Source: Scyliorhinus canicula (lineage: Eukaryota). Taken from it: a DNA stretch of 64,000 nucleotides. Location of the stretch: positions 6,181,337 to 6,245,336 of the forward strand of contig NC_052172.1 of NCBI RefSeq assembly GCF_902713615.1. Direction: 5' to 3'. The translations under genes were made by a program, and so were the position numbers. Below, in pieces: positions 38,561 to 52,492 of this stretch. Numbering within the stretch: the first letter of the stretch is position 1; every line of letters begins with the position of its first letter. Under the pieces are notes generated by a model. That model did no database searches and was not told the origin of the DNA. It was given only the letters and a program-made list of their open reading frames with translations.

Positions 38561-39064
38561 TGTCATTATAATCATATAAATGGAAGGACGTCACCAATTA
38601 TTCAGTCTTTCCACATAACTGAAGTCGCTGAGCCCGATTACTATTCTTATCAACCTCGCCTGCAGCCTCTCAAAGATCTTGACAACCTTCCTAATGTATG
38701 GTGGAGAAGGATTTGATACAATGCTCCACACAAGGGTCTGGTTTAACACAGGGCAAAATAGCTGGCTTTTAAAGCAGACCAAGGCAGGCCAGCAGCACGG
38801 TTAATTCCCGTACCAGCCTCCCCGAACAGGCGCCGAAATGTGGTGACTAGTGGCTTTTCACATTAACTTCATTTGAAGCCTACTTGTGACAATATGCAAT
38901 TTTCATTTTTCACAAGTTCGAAACACTGCATAATTCATGCAATGCTCCTGTTGTAGTACAAAAAAACGCTCGATGCACCTCTGTGGATGAGGAAGTCAGG
39001 CAAAGAAATTGAAGCCGACGTGTCAGTAGATATTAGGCGCAGGTGGCCAAAATAGATGTGTGAT

Positions 39065-39530
39065 AACATAGAACAGTACAGCACAGAACAGGCCCTTCGG
39101 CCCTCGATGTTGTGCCGAGCAATGATCACCCTACTCAAGTCAACGTATCCACCCTATACCAGTAACCCAACAACCCCCCCCCCCCATTAACATAGAACAG
39201 TACAGCACAGAACAGACCCTTCGGCCCTCGATGTTGTGCCGAGCAATGATCACCCTACTCAAGTCAACGTATCCACCCTATACCAGTAACCCAACAACCC
39301 CCCCCCCCATTAACCTTATTTTTTTGGACACTAAGGGCAATTAAGCATAGCCAATCCGCCTAACCCGCACATCTTTGGACTGTGGGAAGAAACCGGAGCA
39401 CCCGGAGGAAACCCAAGCACACACGGGGAGGACATGCAGACTCCGCACAGACAGTGACCCAGCCGGGAATCGAACCTGGGACCCTGGAGCTGTGAAGCAT
39501 TTATGCTAACCACCATGCTACTGTGCTGCC
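39065..39530 (-). mobile_element. HE1-like SINE with a tandemly duplicated ~124-bp tail
   Basis: 39065-39188 and 39189-39312 differ by one substitution and the length of a C-run. Confidence 0.9.
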
Positions 39531-40906
39531 AAACTTTCCATAAGTCAGCCAAATCTTGCGTATGCCACTGTCTATTTTACTGTCTGCCAGAGTTTCTGAT
39601 ACATAGATTCTGGGTTTGTCCTGCAACCTTAAGTTTCTACAAAAGGTAGATATTAATCTCTATCTCTTTAGATAGATGAATGGAAGCACGTTTATATTCA
39701 TAAAGCTGTCAATATGTGGTATATCTGTATAGCTTTGTACTGAGGATGTGCATCGCTGCCATGTGAGTGTTGTTTTAACTCTGTATGTTACAGTGAATTG
39801 TAACATTGTGTTGTGTCGTGCATCTATCACAGTTTTCAGTGTTGCCCTATGTGTCGGGATGTTCACCTCAATCTCTCATAGCTCAGTAGCTTATTTTGTT
39901 TTATCAACTCATTTCAGTTTCTGAGAAAAATTAAAGTAAACTATTCCAACTTTTAAAATTCCTGGTTCATTTAGAGTTAGTTTTCTCTACTCCAATCCAT
40001 TCTGACGTGAGAAAATTGAATAATTGTGCACTTTTCTGTCACAAATATATGAATAAATGGTCAGCGGCTGTTGGTTTCTGAAAAGTAATTGCCATGCTTT
40101 AAATTTATTGCAAGTGTGTTTTGATAAACGGATGTGGGTTTTGATCTGCACCTCCTCTTTTCATGTATGCGATGTCAGCTTCATGTCAATCCTGTACATT
40201 TAAGCTGAGCAAGGGGAATTCATAATAACGTGTCTATACACAGAGGAAAGGGGTTGGGGGTGGCAGATTGCTCGGTCGGCGCTGGAGAGAGGAATGGCGG
40301 GGGCGGGTTGGGGGTTGGAGAGAGAGAGAGAGTTTTCGGATTTTAGGGCTCATACAGCTGAAGGAAAAACAGTCAATAGTCGATAGAATGGAATGTGGAA
40401 CAGACAACACGGCCAGAATTTACTTATTGGAGAAACTTTTTTAAAATGGCAATATTCAGACTCCAATTATATAAAGACAACAGAACATTACAGCGCAGTA
40501 CAGGCCCTTCGTCCCTCGATGTTGCGCCGACCTGTGAAACCAATATTAAGCCCATCTACACTATTCCATTATGATCAATATGTTTATCCAATGACCATAT
40601 AAAGCCCTTAATGTTGGCGAGTCCACCACTGTTGCAGGCAGGGCATTCCGACTTACTTACGCCCTTACTACTCTCTGAGTAAAGAATCTACCTCTGACAT
40701 CTGTCCTATATCTATCTCCCCTCAATTTAAAGCTTTGTCCCCTCGTGCTAGCCATTACCATCCGAGGAAAGACGTCCGGGAAGGATTGCCCACGCTCACC
40801 TGTTAATACCCTCAAACGTATTAAAATGTTTCGAAAACTCTATAGTTGTCTAATCGTGGAACGCCAGAAATGGAAGCTTTGAAAAGCAGCAAAAAACTGT
40901 TGTGAC

Positions 40907-41135
40907 AGGGCAGCACGGTGGCCAAGTGGTTAGCATAACCGCCTCACAGCGCTGAGGTCCCAGGTTCGATCCCGGCTCTGGGTCACTGTCTGTGTGGAGT
41001 TTGCACATTCTCCCCGTGTCTGCGTGGGTTTCGCCCCCACAACCCAAAAATGTGCAGAGTAGGTGGATTGGCCACGCTAAATTGCCCCTTAATTGGAAAA
41101 AATAATTGGGTAATCTAAAATTTAAAAAAAAAAAA
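40907..41135 (+). mobile_element. Short A-tailed tRNA-derived SINE with TSD
   Basis: GGGCAGCACGGTGGC head, GGTTCGATCC B-box, poly-A tail, TSD AAAAAACTGTTGTGAC. Confidence 0.92.
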
Positions 41136-42309
41136 AAAAAACTGTTGTGACTATATAATAGCTCACGTGGTACTGAAAACATGGCTTAATTGCAATTAAA
41201 CTGATTTGAGCTATTCCAACACAGCGATCTTCAGTTGAATTATGACTATGAATCCACGTATTGTTTACTGACCTCTCAATTCTCCCTCTGTGAACCTGAA
41301 CCTGGGGGCTTTTCACAGTAACTTAGTTGCAGTGTTAATGTAAGAGTACTTGTGACAATATACATTATTATTATGTGTCTATCTGTGGAAGTAAATACTG
41401 AATTGTCCTTTATGGTGTTTCTATCTCATCTTATTGGGAATTGCATAGCTGTCGAAATATTTGCATACTGGACAGCGAACTTGATTATGGATGCCAAGGA
41501 AAGGGTTCAGGGCAAATAAATCAGAAGGGTACCAGGATGAGGCGGTTCCGTCATCGTGGATAGAATGCAGAGGCTGGAAATTTTCTCCCCAGGCCACAAA
41601 AGCTGAAGGAATATTTAATAGACGCGTACAGAAACATGATTGGGTTGAATCGAGAATAAGCAGATGAGTTGTTTCTCTGGAAGATGTGTTGGTGACTGTT
41701 GGACACAGTCATTACCAAATGTGAGGGGTTACTTTGTTTATTTTAATCCGCGAAAAGATATCAGCAGAAACATTCTATCAATGGTTGAGGTATGTTGAAC
41801 TTTCTAATGAATTTCACACGTGCAGGTAAAATAAAATGTTGCAGAACAAAGCTGATAGATTGCAATAAATTCAAGTGGGGAAAATCTTTCAGTGAATTTA
41901 CGGAAATACGATAGAATGAGTGAACCCTTTTTCTTCTGCATAATGACAGTGACCCCCTCAATCTGTTGGACTGTCATTCAAAACCCATTGATTCACTAAT
42001 CAGTTTTAGGGAGGGCCATCTGGCGTCCCAACTCAGTCCTCACCAAATGTGAGACCGGTCCAAACAACGTACTTATCTTCCAACTACTCTCCGAAGTGGC
42101 TATTCCCTTGTACATAAACCAAGTACCAATGGATTAAGGAGCAAACCCAAGGGCACCTGCTTCAGGAAAATAGAGGATGTGAAATGAACTAGTGAACTGC
42201 GCATGGCTAGAATGTCGCTCACCTCTTTGATTAGTTTAGTATATAGAGTGAATTTGTTGGGCAGTTTTATGCTTTCGGCTGATATTTAAATCAAAGCTTT
42301 AAGTTGTAG

Positions 42310-42642
42310 AACATAGAACAGTACAGCACAGAACAGGCCCTTCATGATGTTGCCGAGCCATGATCACCCCACTCAAACCCACGTATACACCCTATACCCG
42401 TAACCCAACAACCCCCCTTAACCTTACTTTTATTAGGACACTACGGGCAATTTAGCATGGCCAATCCACCTCACCCGCACATCTTTGGACTGTGGGAGGA
42501 AACCGGAGCACCCGGAGGAAACCTACACACACAGGGGGAGGGCGTGCAGACTCCGCACAGACAGTGACCCAGCCGGGAATCGAACGTGGGACCCTGGAGC
42601 TGTGAAGCATTTATGCTAACCACCATGCTACCCTGCTGCCCC
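42310..42642 (-). mobile_element. HE1-like SINE, same subfamily as the 39065-39530 copy
   Basis: Near-identical body and tail. Confidence 0.88.
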
Positions 42643-44189
42643 TAAAGTTATGTTTCATCTGAGGTTTAACCCCAAACCCTTGTGTATTCAATTGAATTAT
42701 TTTCACGAAGAAGGCCAAGGGACATTTTTGCTCGATTGACTTATTGTTTACGCCCTTGACTTACCTTTGCTTAGTATACATAATATTTACAAACGTATAG
42801 CATTGACCACAGAAACAAATATGTATAGATGGAGGTAAAATACAGGTCAGCCACAATCTAGCTGATTGGCAAAATGGGGCCAAGGGAGGAATGGTCTCAT
42901 TATGTTCTTCTGTAGCTTTTTGAAAACTTTTGTCAAGGGTTTGCATCTGTTGTAATCTCTAAATCAGCCCTTCATTGTCGAGATAACAAAAAAATTATGA
43001 GTACTTGTCGAAAATGTCTTATCTGTTGTCACCCTGGCGAAACAAAATATGGAACCTGTCTTATTTAATTGTTTGCCTGTGAGTGTGTGTGTGCGCGTCG
43101 GGTGGGTAGGGACGGGGGACGGGGGGGGGGGGGGGGGGGCGGGAAGGTGTAGTTGTCTGGAGGGGCGGGGGGGGGGGGGTCGATGGTGATGGATGGTGGT
43201 TCCATATTTCTATTTACCTTTCTGTGAAGCCGTATTTCCTGATTTTAATCCTAAATCACCGAACACTAATTTCAGAATGATGTCCTCAAAACCTGAATTT
43301 CAAATCAACCAATCTCAAGAAGCTATTCGCATCAGAAAAGCCTACATTAGGCACCTCAGTAAACTTCCCTGCTTAATTATCTTGAAATACCATTATCTAC
43401 ATAGTTTCCAAGGTACGCATATATTTATGATATTCTCATTTATTGGTAGAATACTGAGGAGCACACATCATTGTATAAAACAGCATTTGACTACACAATT
43501 GTTCAAACCAAAACCTATGCTACAATGGGCACAGGGAAGTCAGTTTGTTATCAACAAAGCAATTATCATTTTATAGACGTGTCACATCTTAATACCCTGG
43601 CAATTAACATTGCTGGTCCATAAGCTTAACAATTGCGAAATATGGCGTTTCATTATTTATATAGGTGGTAAATTGTTCTGAGAAAAGATAAAAGGGTGAA
43701 TTTTAAAATTTTTACATTTTCATTAGTTTTCGTTTTTGTCACGCTGCTCCCCTCTCTCCCTTCCTACAACACTTCTTTCCCCTCATCATGTCTCTTTCTG
43801 TAGCTGATTTTACTCCAAGTCATCTCAGGAATCACTCTGTTTATTGGCTTACGAGGCAGTACAACTGATTTCCCAGAATCATATAAGTAACTGAATAGAT
43901 CAATGACGAGGATAGATTAAACAAAATGCTGATTGAGAAGGTTGTGCTGTTTCTTTCGGGATACTTTGGGGGAACTGAAAGGATAGCTGAGAGAAGCCAT
44001 TCGTGCAAGTCGGGTTCTGTATCATTCTGGGACATAATCTAAAAAGACAGAGCCAGACATTTCAGAAGAGACACTTCTGCAGAGAAAGGGTTTGGATCTA
44101 AGTTCCGAAAATGGAAATCGATTCATTGACAACCTTTAAATCTGACTTTGATTTTAGGTTTTGGAAACAAGAAAAATCAGGGTTGTGGG

Positions 44190-46995
44190 TACATAGAACG
44201 ATACAGCGCAGTACAGGCCCTTCGGCCCTCGATGTTGCACCGACATGGAAAAAATCTAAAGGCCATCTAACCTACACTATGCCCTTATCATCCATATGCT
44301 TATCCAATAAATTTTTAAATGCCCTCAATGTTGGCGTGTTCACTACTGTTGCAGGTAGGGCATTCCACGGCCTCACCACTCTTTGCGTAAAAAACCCACC
44401 TCTGACCTCTGTCCTATATCTATTACCCCTCAATTTAAGGGTATGTACCCTCGTGCTAGCCACCTCCATCCACGGGAGAAGGCTCTCGCTGTCCACCCTA
44501 TCTAACCCTCTGATCATTTTGTATGCCTCTATTAAGTCACCTCTTAACCTTCTTCTCTCTAACGAAAACAACCTCAAGTCCATCAGCCTTTCCTCATAAG
44601 ATTTTCCCTCCATACCAGGCAACATCCTGGTAAATCTCCTCTGCACCCGTTCCAAAGCTTCCACGTCCTTCCTATAATGAGGCGACCAGAACTGTACGCA
44701 ATACTCCAAATGCGGCCGTACCAGAGTTTTGTACAGCTGCAACATGACCTCATGGCTCCGGAACTCAATCCCTCTACCAATAAAGGCCAACACACCATAG
44801 GCCTTCTTCACAACCCTATCAACCTGGGTGGCAACTTTCAGGGATCTATGTACATGGACACCGAGATCCCTCTGCTCATTCACACTACCAAGAATTTTAC
44901 CATTAGCCAAATATTCCGCATTTCTGTTATTCTTTCCAAAGTGAATCACCTCACACTTCTCCACATTAAACTCCATTTGCCACCTCTCAGCCCAGCTCTG
45001 CAGCTTATCTATGTCCCTCTGTAACCTGCAACATCCTTCCGCACTGTCTACAACTCCACCGACTTTAGTGTCGTCTGCAAATTTACTCACCCATCCTTCT
45101 GCGCCCTCCTCTAGGTCATTTATAAAAATGACAAACAGCAACGGCCCCAGAACAGATCCTTGTGGTACGCCACTCGTAACTGAACTCCATTCTGAACATT
45201 TCTCATCAACTACCACTCTCTGTCTTCTTTCAACTAGCCAATTTCTGATCCACATCTCTAAATCACCCTCAATCCCCAGCCTCCGTATTTTCTGCAATAG
45301 CCGACCGTGGGGAACCTTATCAAACGCTTTACTGAAATCCATATGCACCACATCAACTGCTCTACCCTCGTCTACCTGTTCAGTCACCTTCTCAAAGAAC
45401 TCGATAAGGTTTGTGAGGCATGACCTACCCTTCACAAAACCATGCTGACTATCCCTAATCATATTATTCCTATCTAGATGATTATAAATCGTATCTTTTA
45501 TAATCCTCTCCAAGACTTTACCCACCACAGACGTTAGGCTCACCGGCCTATAGTTACTGGGGTTATCTCTACTCCCCTTCTTGAACAAAGGGGCCACATT
45601 TGCTATCCTCAAGTCCTCTGGCACTATTCCTGTAGCCAATGATGACCTAAAAATCAAAGCCAAAGGCTCAGCAATCTCTTCCCTGGCTTCCCAGAGAATC
45701 CTAGGATAAATCCCATCCGGCCCCGGGGACTTATCTATTTTCACCTTGTCCAGAATTGCCAACACTTCTTCCCTACGCACCTCAATGCCATCTATTCTAA
45801 TAGCCTGGGTCTCAGCATTCTCCTCCACAATATTATCTTTTTCCTGAGTGAATACTGACGAAAAGTATTCATTTAGTATCTCGCTTATCTCCTCAGCCTC
45901 CACACACAACTTTCCACCACTGTCCTTGACTGGCCCTACTCTTACCCTAGTCATTCTTTTATTCCTGACATACCTATAGAAAGCTTTTGGGTTTTCCTTG
46001 ATCCTACCTGCCAAAGACTTCTCATGTCCCCTCCTTGCTCGTCTCAGCTCTCTCTTTAGATCCTTCCTCGCTTGCTTGTAACTATCAAGCGCCCCAACTG
46101 AAACTTCACGCCTCATCTTCACATAGGCCTCCTTCTTCCTCTTAACAAGAGATTCCACTTCTTTGGTAAACCACGGTTCCCTCGCTCGACCCCTTCCTCC
46201 CTGCCTGACTGGTACGTACTTATCAAGAACATGCAATAGCTGTTCCTTGAACAAGCTCCACATATCCAGTGTGCCCAACCCTTGCAGCCTACTTCTCCAA
46301 CCAACACATCCTAAGTCATGTCTAATGGCATCATAATTGCCCTTCCCCCAGCTATAACTCTTGCCCTGCGGGGTATACTTATCCATTTCCATCACTAACG
46401 TAAAGGTCACCGAATTGTGGTCACTGTCTCCAAAGTGCTCACCTACCTCCAGATCTAACACCTGGCCTGGTTCATTACCCAAAACCAAATCCAATGTGGC
46501 CTCGCCTCTTGTTGGCCTGTCAACATATTGTGTCAGGAAACCCTCCTGCACACATTGTACAAAGAATGACCCATCTAATGTACTCGAACTATATCTTTTC
46601 CAGTCAATATTTGGAAAGTTAAAGTCTCCCATAACAACTACCCTGTTACTTTCGCTCTTTTCCAGAATCATCTTCGCCATCCTTTCCTCTACATCCCTAG
46701 AACTATTAGGTGGCCTATAGAAAACTCCCAACAGGGTGACCTCTCCTTTCCTGTTTCTAACCTCAGCCCATACTACCTCAGAAGAAGAGTCCCCATCTAG
46801 CATCCTTTCCGCCACCGTAATACTGTCCCTGACTAGCAGCGCCACACCTCCCCCTCTTTTGCCCCCTTCTCTGAGCTTACTAAAACACCTAAACCCCGGA
46901 ACCTGCAACAACCATTCCTGTCCCTGCTCTATCCATGTCTCTGAAATGGCCACAACATCGAAGTCCCAGGTACCAACCTCGAAGTCCCAGGTACC
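44190..46995 (-). mobile_element. Young CR1-clade LINE, 5'-truncated, with an 893-aa open ORF2 (endonuclease + RT) at 44272-46953
   Basis: AISETW, GDFN and SDH endonuclease motifs; PQGSVLGP and FADD RT motifs; no stops; typical 3' tail (gggccgaagggcctgtactgcgctgtatcgttctatgt). Confidence 0.95.
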
Positions 46996-49363
46996 AGGTT
47001 GATTCTGGAGCGAGCATTAGCCGTTATCTTTTGAATAGTGGGACAGACTCGAATGGTTAAAACACCTGAGCCAGTGCTTTGGATCCCATGATTCCCTTTT
47101 AGTACAAATACCATTCGCAATTATCCATAGAGTTAGTTTCCAACGCCTCTTCAGCTGGTTGGATAATTTCCCAATACTTTTAAATATGCAATCAATGGAA
47201 ATTGGCTTTCTTTCAAGCATTTAGCACACTCCCGCGTTCCGATTCTATTACAGAGAGTGATTTTCGCTGGTTCAGTCAGTTTTGCTGCTCATCTGTAATT
47301 TTCCTTCCGAATATGACGGTAAGCCGCCTTCATGAACCGCTGCAGTCCGTGTGGTGTAGAGACACCCATGGTGCTGTTGGGGTTCGGGGAGGGGGGAAGT
47401 TTAAGGAGTGAACCCAGTGACAGTGCACGAATGGCGATATATTTCTATATCAGTTAATTACAATAAATGTGTCCCTTTTGGTTACCGGCCCTGTTGCCGA
47501 CAAAATTTGTTCTGATTATCTTTGCATCCAAAACTTTAATAATTTCCAACACCTCAGTTAAAACCTGCCTTATCCTATTCTGCTCTATGGAGAGGAACTC
47601 CAGCTTCTCCTGTTTGAACGTATTTTACCTATTCGAGTGTTTGTCAATTTTGACCCGAAAGGTCGGCCTTTGATTTTTACTTCATGCCCATCCCCAAGTT
47701 CTCGATGACCGAATCAGCTTAAATAGGTTCTCTCCATGACACTATCAGTTCCCCTAAATATCTCTAAATAACATTTTTAACAGTCGAAATGCCAGTGAAT
47801 AATATCAAATTTTGTGGAATGCATCCTTTGAATGACAGATCTTTGTACCGATCCGACTGATTCTGATTGTGCAATGAATCCAAGACACTCAGTCCCTCCA
47901 TAACATGCGACACCCCAAATGAAACGCATTACTCCAGCTGAGACTTAACTGGTGATTTATCCAGGTTTAGTGTAGCTTTCTTCCTAAACTTCTTGGAAGT
48001 GTGTAATAAACGAATGCGCTTTCAACCTTCAGTACCTCTTCAGTTTAAACTTGTTTATGTTTTGACCTACCTTTCTCTACCTCACGTCCACCATCAACCC
48101 TCTAAAACTGACACAGGGACATTGGTCCGGGGTAGAGCATTCCACCTCTAATATTCAAGGGCGTTATCACTAGCCGATTACTACACACAAAAAACGACTT
48201 TTTTCTAAAATGTTGAATATTCCACTCGGGGTCTGAGGCATATATTGATGGAACGTGAACATTAATATCATTATGGTTGTCTGAAATATCAGGCCGTTGT
48301 TCTGCAGAAAGATTTTAATGATTTTAAATTTCAATGAGATGTTATTTTATCAGTCCTCATGCAATGATCTTCTCTGATAGAAATTTACTTAGAAGTGCCA
48401 ATTCAATGCTATAGAACTTACCCAAAACCACGAGTTTCGAACCATCGCCAAATGTATAATCATAGCTTCCAGACACTATGCTACATAGTTGTAATAAAAC
48501 TAGAGTTTTTTTCAACTCGCTCCATGCCAGTCAATAAACACAACAGGAAAACGTTGCATTGTGTAATATTCTGCTTTTCATACTGTATCTTACTTTACTT
48601 TTTGCGCATTATCTTTGACCTTTGCATGCCGTTATGTCTCTATAATTTTCCACCCTCTTCCAGTTTCATCTACATATTACTCTAGATCTGGAGATTGCAT
48701 GGCCGGGAAGAGATTTTCATAAGCCAATATGTGATTTCGAATGGGACTTGTCAAGGTAAATGCTGAGTGAAACTTTCTCCTCGAGGGTTCGAGGGCGAGG
48801 GGGGTCGGAGGGGTGGGGGGGTCGGAATCTAAAACTCTGGCGGAATAGTTTCAGAATAATTTTAATTGGAGATGAGGAGAAATTTATCCTTTTAAGAGTA
48901 CAGAATATTAGGAATTCCCTTCTTCGGAGGGCTCGGAGACTGGGTCAGTTAACATATTCAAGGCTGCGTTTTCCAGATATTAATCTCTAAGGGGAGTCTG
49001 GCGTTCTTGGAACAGGGAGTTAAGTGGAGTTCAGTCATGATCAGATCAGGCATAATCTTTCTGAATGACCGAAGAGGCTGGATTTTCAGAATGACCTTCT
49101 GCTCGTGTTTCCTATGCTTTTACAATCTTTATCTACACGTTTCCCAGTTCCACCCTCGTTTGCCTTCAATCTAACCTATTTTCCTGTACATTAAGTTAGT
49201 TACTTCACCTGTCACTTAATTAATAAAATTGTTTAAATGACTTTCTACATTTCATATTCACCTCGCTGTCTTTAAACTGACTAGAACAAATTAGCAACGT
49301 GTTCAAATACTCATTGACACGAATGGCAAATTTTAAGCGACCCATTTGGATCAATTCACTTAC

Positions 49364-49411
49364 CTACGACAATCAGTTTTGTGCCATCTCCAAAATGCAA
49401 GGGTTGGTTTG
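49364..49411 (-). CDS. TRBJ: J-beta 7 (C-proximal): NQPLHFGDGTKLIVV
   Basis: FGxG motif, GTAAGT donor, 12-RSS CACATCA-12-ACAAAAACA (49412-49439). Confidence 0.94.
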
Positions 49412-49728
49412 CACATCAGTATGTCACTTCACAAAAACATTCCTCATCAGTCTCCTGCCCAACTCACTGTCGCAATATTGATATTAGATGGTGGTCTTTA
49501 CCTCACTCGAGATAACCGTAAACTAATGCAAACTTAGCAATTAACCAGGAAATTTCTAATTAAAATCAACTGTCTCCTCAATACCACCTATTCATCTATC
49601 TGGACCAAGATATCAACGGTGTTATGTTGCAGTACTGACAACACTACAACATTTCCTTGTATTCGGTCATTCAAATCTGCTTGACACAAACGACTCTTGC
49701 TTCATTGAAAAAAAGAAATTGAACTCAC

Positions 49729-49785
49729 CCAAAATCGTTAACTTCGACCCTTTACCAAAATGCACTGTTTCGCTATATGAGCTTG
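49729..49785 (-). CDS. TRBJ: J-beta 6: SSYSETVHFGKGSKLTIL
   Basis: FGxG motif, GTGAGT donor, degenerate 12-RSS CACTATA-12-ACTCAAACA (49786-49813). The 5' boundary depends on this RSS call. Confidence 0.85.
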
Positions 49786-49915
49786 CACTATACTGAATAA
49801 TAGTACTCAAACACAGAAGTGATAGACATATTTACAGACATGCAGACAAGTAGATAGATAGACAGGTAGATAAAACTTTGCATATAAATTTATATTTATC
49901 TAGACGTAAACTTAC

Positions 49916-49965
49916 TCAAAACAGTTAATTTAGTTCCAGTTCCGAAATAGTAGATGCTGCCAGAG
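49916..49965 (-). CDS. TRBJ: J-beta 5: SGSIYYFGTGTKLTVL
   Basis: FGxG motif, GTAAGT donor (last exon base is A, giving Lys at the J-C junction), 12-RSS CACAGAG-12-TGTAAAACA (49966-49993). Confidence 0.92.
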
Positions 49966-51280
49966 CACAGAGGTCAATGCCTGTTGTAAAACATCTCGCC
50001 TATCTGTGATCGGTGTCCCTAGAGGACTATGCACAAAAATGGAAAACACAGAAACGTAGGATCAAAGGAATATGAGAATATAGGAATAATGGAGCGTGAC
50101 CTGATAGGAACTGTCTGAGGCCATATAACTGACTGAGTCTGGTATAGCATTACATTATATCATAATCAGATATTTGAAATTTTCAATTGAGAATCTACCG
50201 CCCTTCTCCAATCCACCCAGAAGTAACAACTTTCTGGGGCAGACATTATAAGAATTCCACTGGACATTTTAAAGCAAAATGTTTTCAGGCGTCGCTCCAT
50301 TTGTGAGCCCTCCCCACACCACTGTAAATAGTTCAATGCTAGTTAGCCTACTGAATCCTATAATCATCCCATACACACCAATTAGATCACCCCTTCATCA
50401 CCTGCAGACCTAGTTTATGGAGCCTGACCAAGAAACTGAAGTGTTGGAACTTATCCTTAAAGAGGAATTTTTAATCCGCTCATGGAGTGCACATATATAA
50501 TAAGTCGACAGCACTGTTGAATTCGATTAGCAATTTTAATTTACCTTGTCTCTGAATTATATGAATTAATTACTGTTGCAAATGAATGGGAAGAGGTGGA
50601 ATGACTTTGAATTTCTGTCAGGTTCGGCTCCTTCCTCCCTCATGTCTTGATATAGTTTCCCGTTTCAAATCATCTACTCTATTTGTCTCAACCCTGTGTT
50701 AGCAAATTATCACCTCTCCCTGGAAAAATACATTTTTCCGGAATTCCAGATTGGATTTAACAGTGACTTTTTTATATTTGCCACCCCCTCGCACTCCGTG
50801 CTCTTCCCTAGATCTGCCCTATGGCAACACTTTCCATAATCTGAATCTTTATCAGGCCACCCTCCTGCTCCAGCCGGCCCAATCTCTCCTGATAGTTGAA
50901 CCAGCATCCTTGTTACTTTTTACCGTATCCAAGGCCTCTACTGTATTCATTACTTTGTGCAGACTAAAACTGTGTAAAGAACAATTGAATCTGACATTTT
51001 GCATTTGATAAATGTGCCCTCTGTTTACTGGGCTGCTCTCATTGAGTAAGTCATTATGTTTGTATCTACATTGTAACTGGCACTATTCATTTGAGAGATC
51101 CTGCCTGATGCTGCCTCTAAACTCCTGTTCAACGGCGAATCGAATTCGGCACCCGCCAGTCTGTCTCAATACGCTGCAGAATTGAAATTAATTCAGCAAA
51201 TTCCGAATTTCTTCACTGCCTCAACCACCCGCACGTAATCGTGAATTGGACCAACTTTCTCCAGTATTATATTCACTTAC

Positions 51281-51330
51281 CTAAAACGACTAGTTTCGTC
51301 CCATCTCCGAAGTAAGCTTCACTAGCAGAA
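51281..51330 (-). CDS. TRBJ: J-beta 4: SASEAYFGDGTKLVVL
   Basis: FGxG motif, GTAAGT donor, RSS CACAGCG-12-AGCAAAATA (51331-51358). Confidence 0.92.
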
Positions 51331-51796
51331 CACAGCGGTACAGGGCTGTAGCAAAATATCGCTGAAGCCTGGATTGTTAATTCTATTTTATTGGAGCTTC
51401 TGTTATGTTAAAACTATTAAGAAGCTTATGAAGACGGGAATGGGAGGCAACCCTCCGAACCTATTACATAATTTATTTAGATACTGTGTCTTAACGCCAC
51501 TTTCCACCCTTGGTTCAATGTGCCTCAGTACGTTTGCTCGCCTCCACCTATCTCGAGAAAGTTTGGAGTTTTCAAACCCTGAACATCCTCACAAGGTTTT
51601 GGGGCAGCGATTGTCTGATTCCCACTACCTTTTGTGTGCATGGGATCTTTCCGACATCACACTTGACCGACCTGGTTCTAATTTAAAAGGTCTGGCCTCA
51701 GCTTTTAAGACCCAAAATCTGAACATAAGCCTTCGAGACTTTTTAACCGTGTCTCGTCATATATATTAGTCAATAGGAGGAACACAGTCGCCTTAC

Positions 51797-51844
51797 CCAA
51801 AACTGTTAACTTTGTCCCGTCGCCGAAGTAAACTGTGTTGCCTG
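51797..51844 (-). CDS. TRBJ: J-beta 3: GNTVYFGDGTKLTVL
   Basis: FGxG motif, GTAAGG donor, 12-RSS CACGATG-12-TCATGAACA (51845-51872). Confidence 0.92.
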
Positions 51845-52033
51845 CACGATGCTCAATTCTAAGTCATGAACAGGCCCCTGAGTCACCCCGTCCCTATTCA
51901 GAGACTTTGCGCCATTTACAGCCAAACATTCACGAGGTAAGTGGACATGATCCATGGGCATGATTTGTAAAATTAAGCATCTTATGCTTCACCTCCCGAC
52001 AGATACACTACAAGGAAGAGACAGGTGACTCAC

Positions 52034-52081
52034 CCAGAACTGTTAACTTGGTCCCTTGTCCGAAATAAGCCACGTCAGTCG
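52034..52081 (-). CDS. TRBJ: J-beta 2: TDVAYFGQGTKLTVL
   Basis: FGxG motif, GTGAGT donor, 12-RSS CACCGTG-12-CTTAAAACG (52082-52109). Confidence 0.93.
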
Positions 52082-52444
52082 CACCGTGACACCTCATCCT
52101 CTTAAAACGCTTCAACACGGCTATTGATTTCTATTCGGCATCTATCTGATTTCTATGATTCCATTAGCAACTGCATGGATCCCATTCTCGTCTAGATGAC
52201 TCCATATTAATATATGAAAGGTATGCTGACCTGCATGTTTCAATTCTAATCTATGGATTCCATCCTGTCCTGAAATCTGATCTTTATGGGTCAATTTTTT
52301 TCTATGAATTTTACACCATTGTTCAAATTGTCAGGTTACAATTAGCAGCTAAAGTCTGTTCAGAGCATAGAAGATTCAGCATTCCTGGAAAGCTGGAATG
52401 TACGCCGCCGTTCATTTAGACAGAAAGATAAGTCAATTTCTTAC

Positions 52445-52492
52445 CTAATACCGTTAGTTTGGTGCCGCTCCCGAAGTAGGCTGTTGTCCCAG
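52445..52492 (-). CDS. TRBJ: J-beta 1 (D-proximal): GTTAYFGSGTKLTVL
   Basis: FGxG motif, phase-1 GTAAGA donor, 12-RSS CACATCA-12-ACAACAACG (52493-52520). Confidence 0.93.

Noticed and set aside
31200-49300. Second D-J-C cluster as in mammals
   Set aside because: No second D core, intact J or C exon was found in the window by eye.
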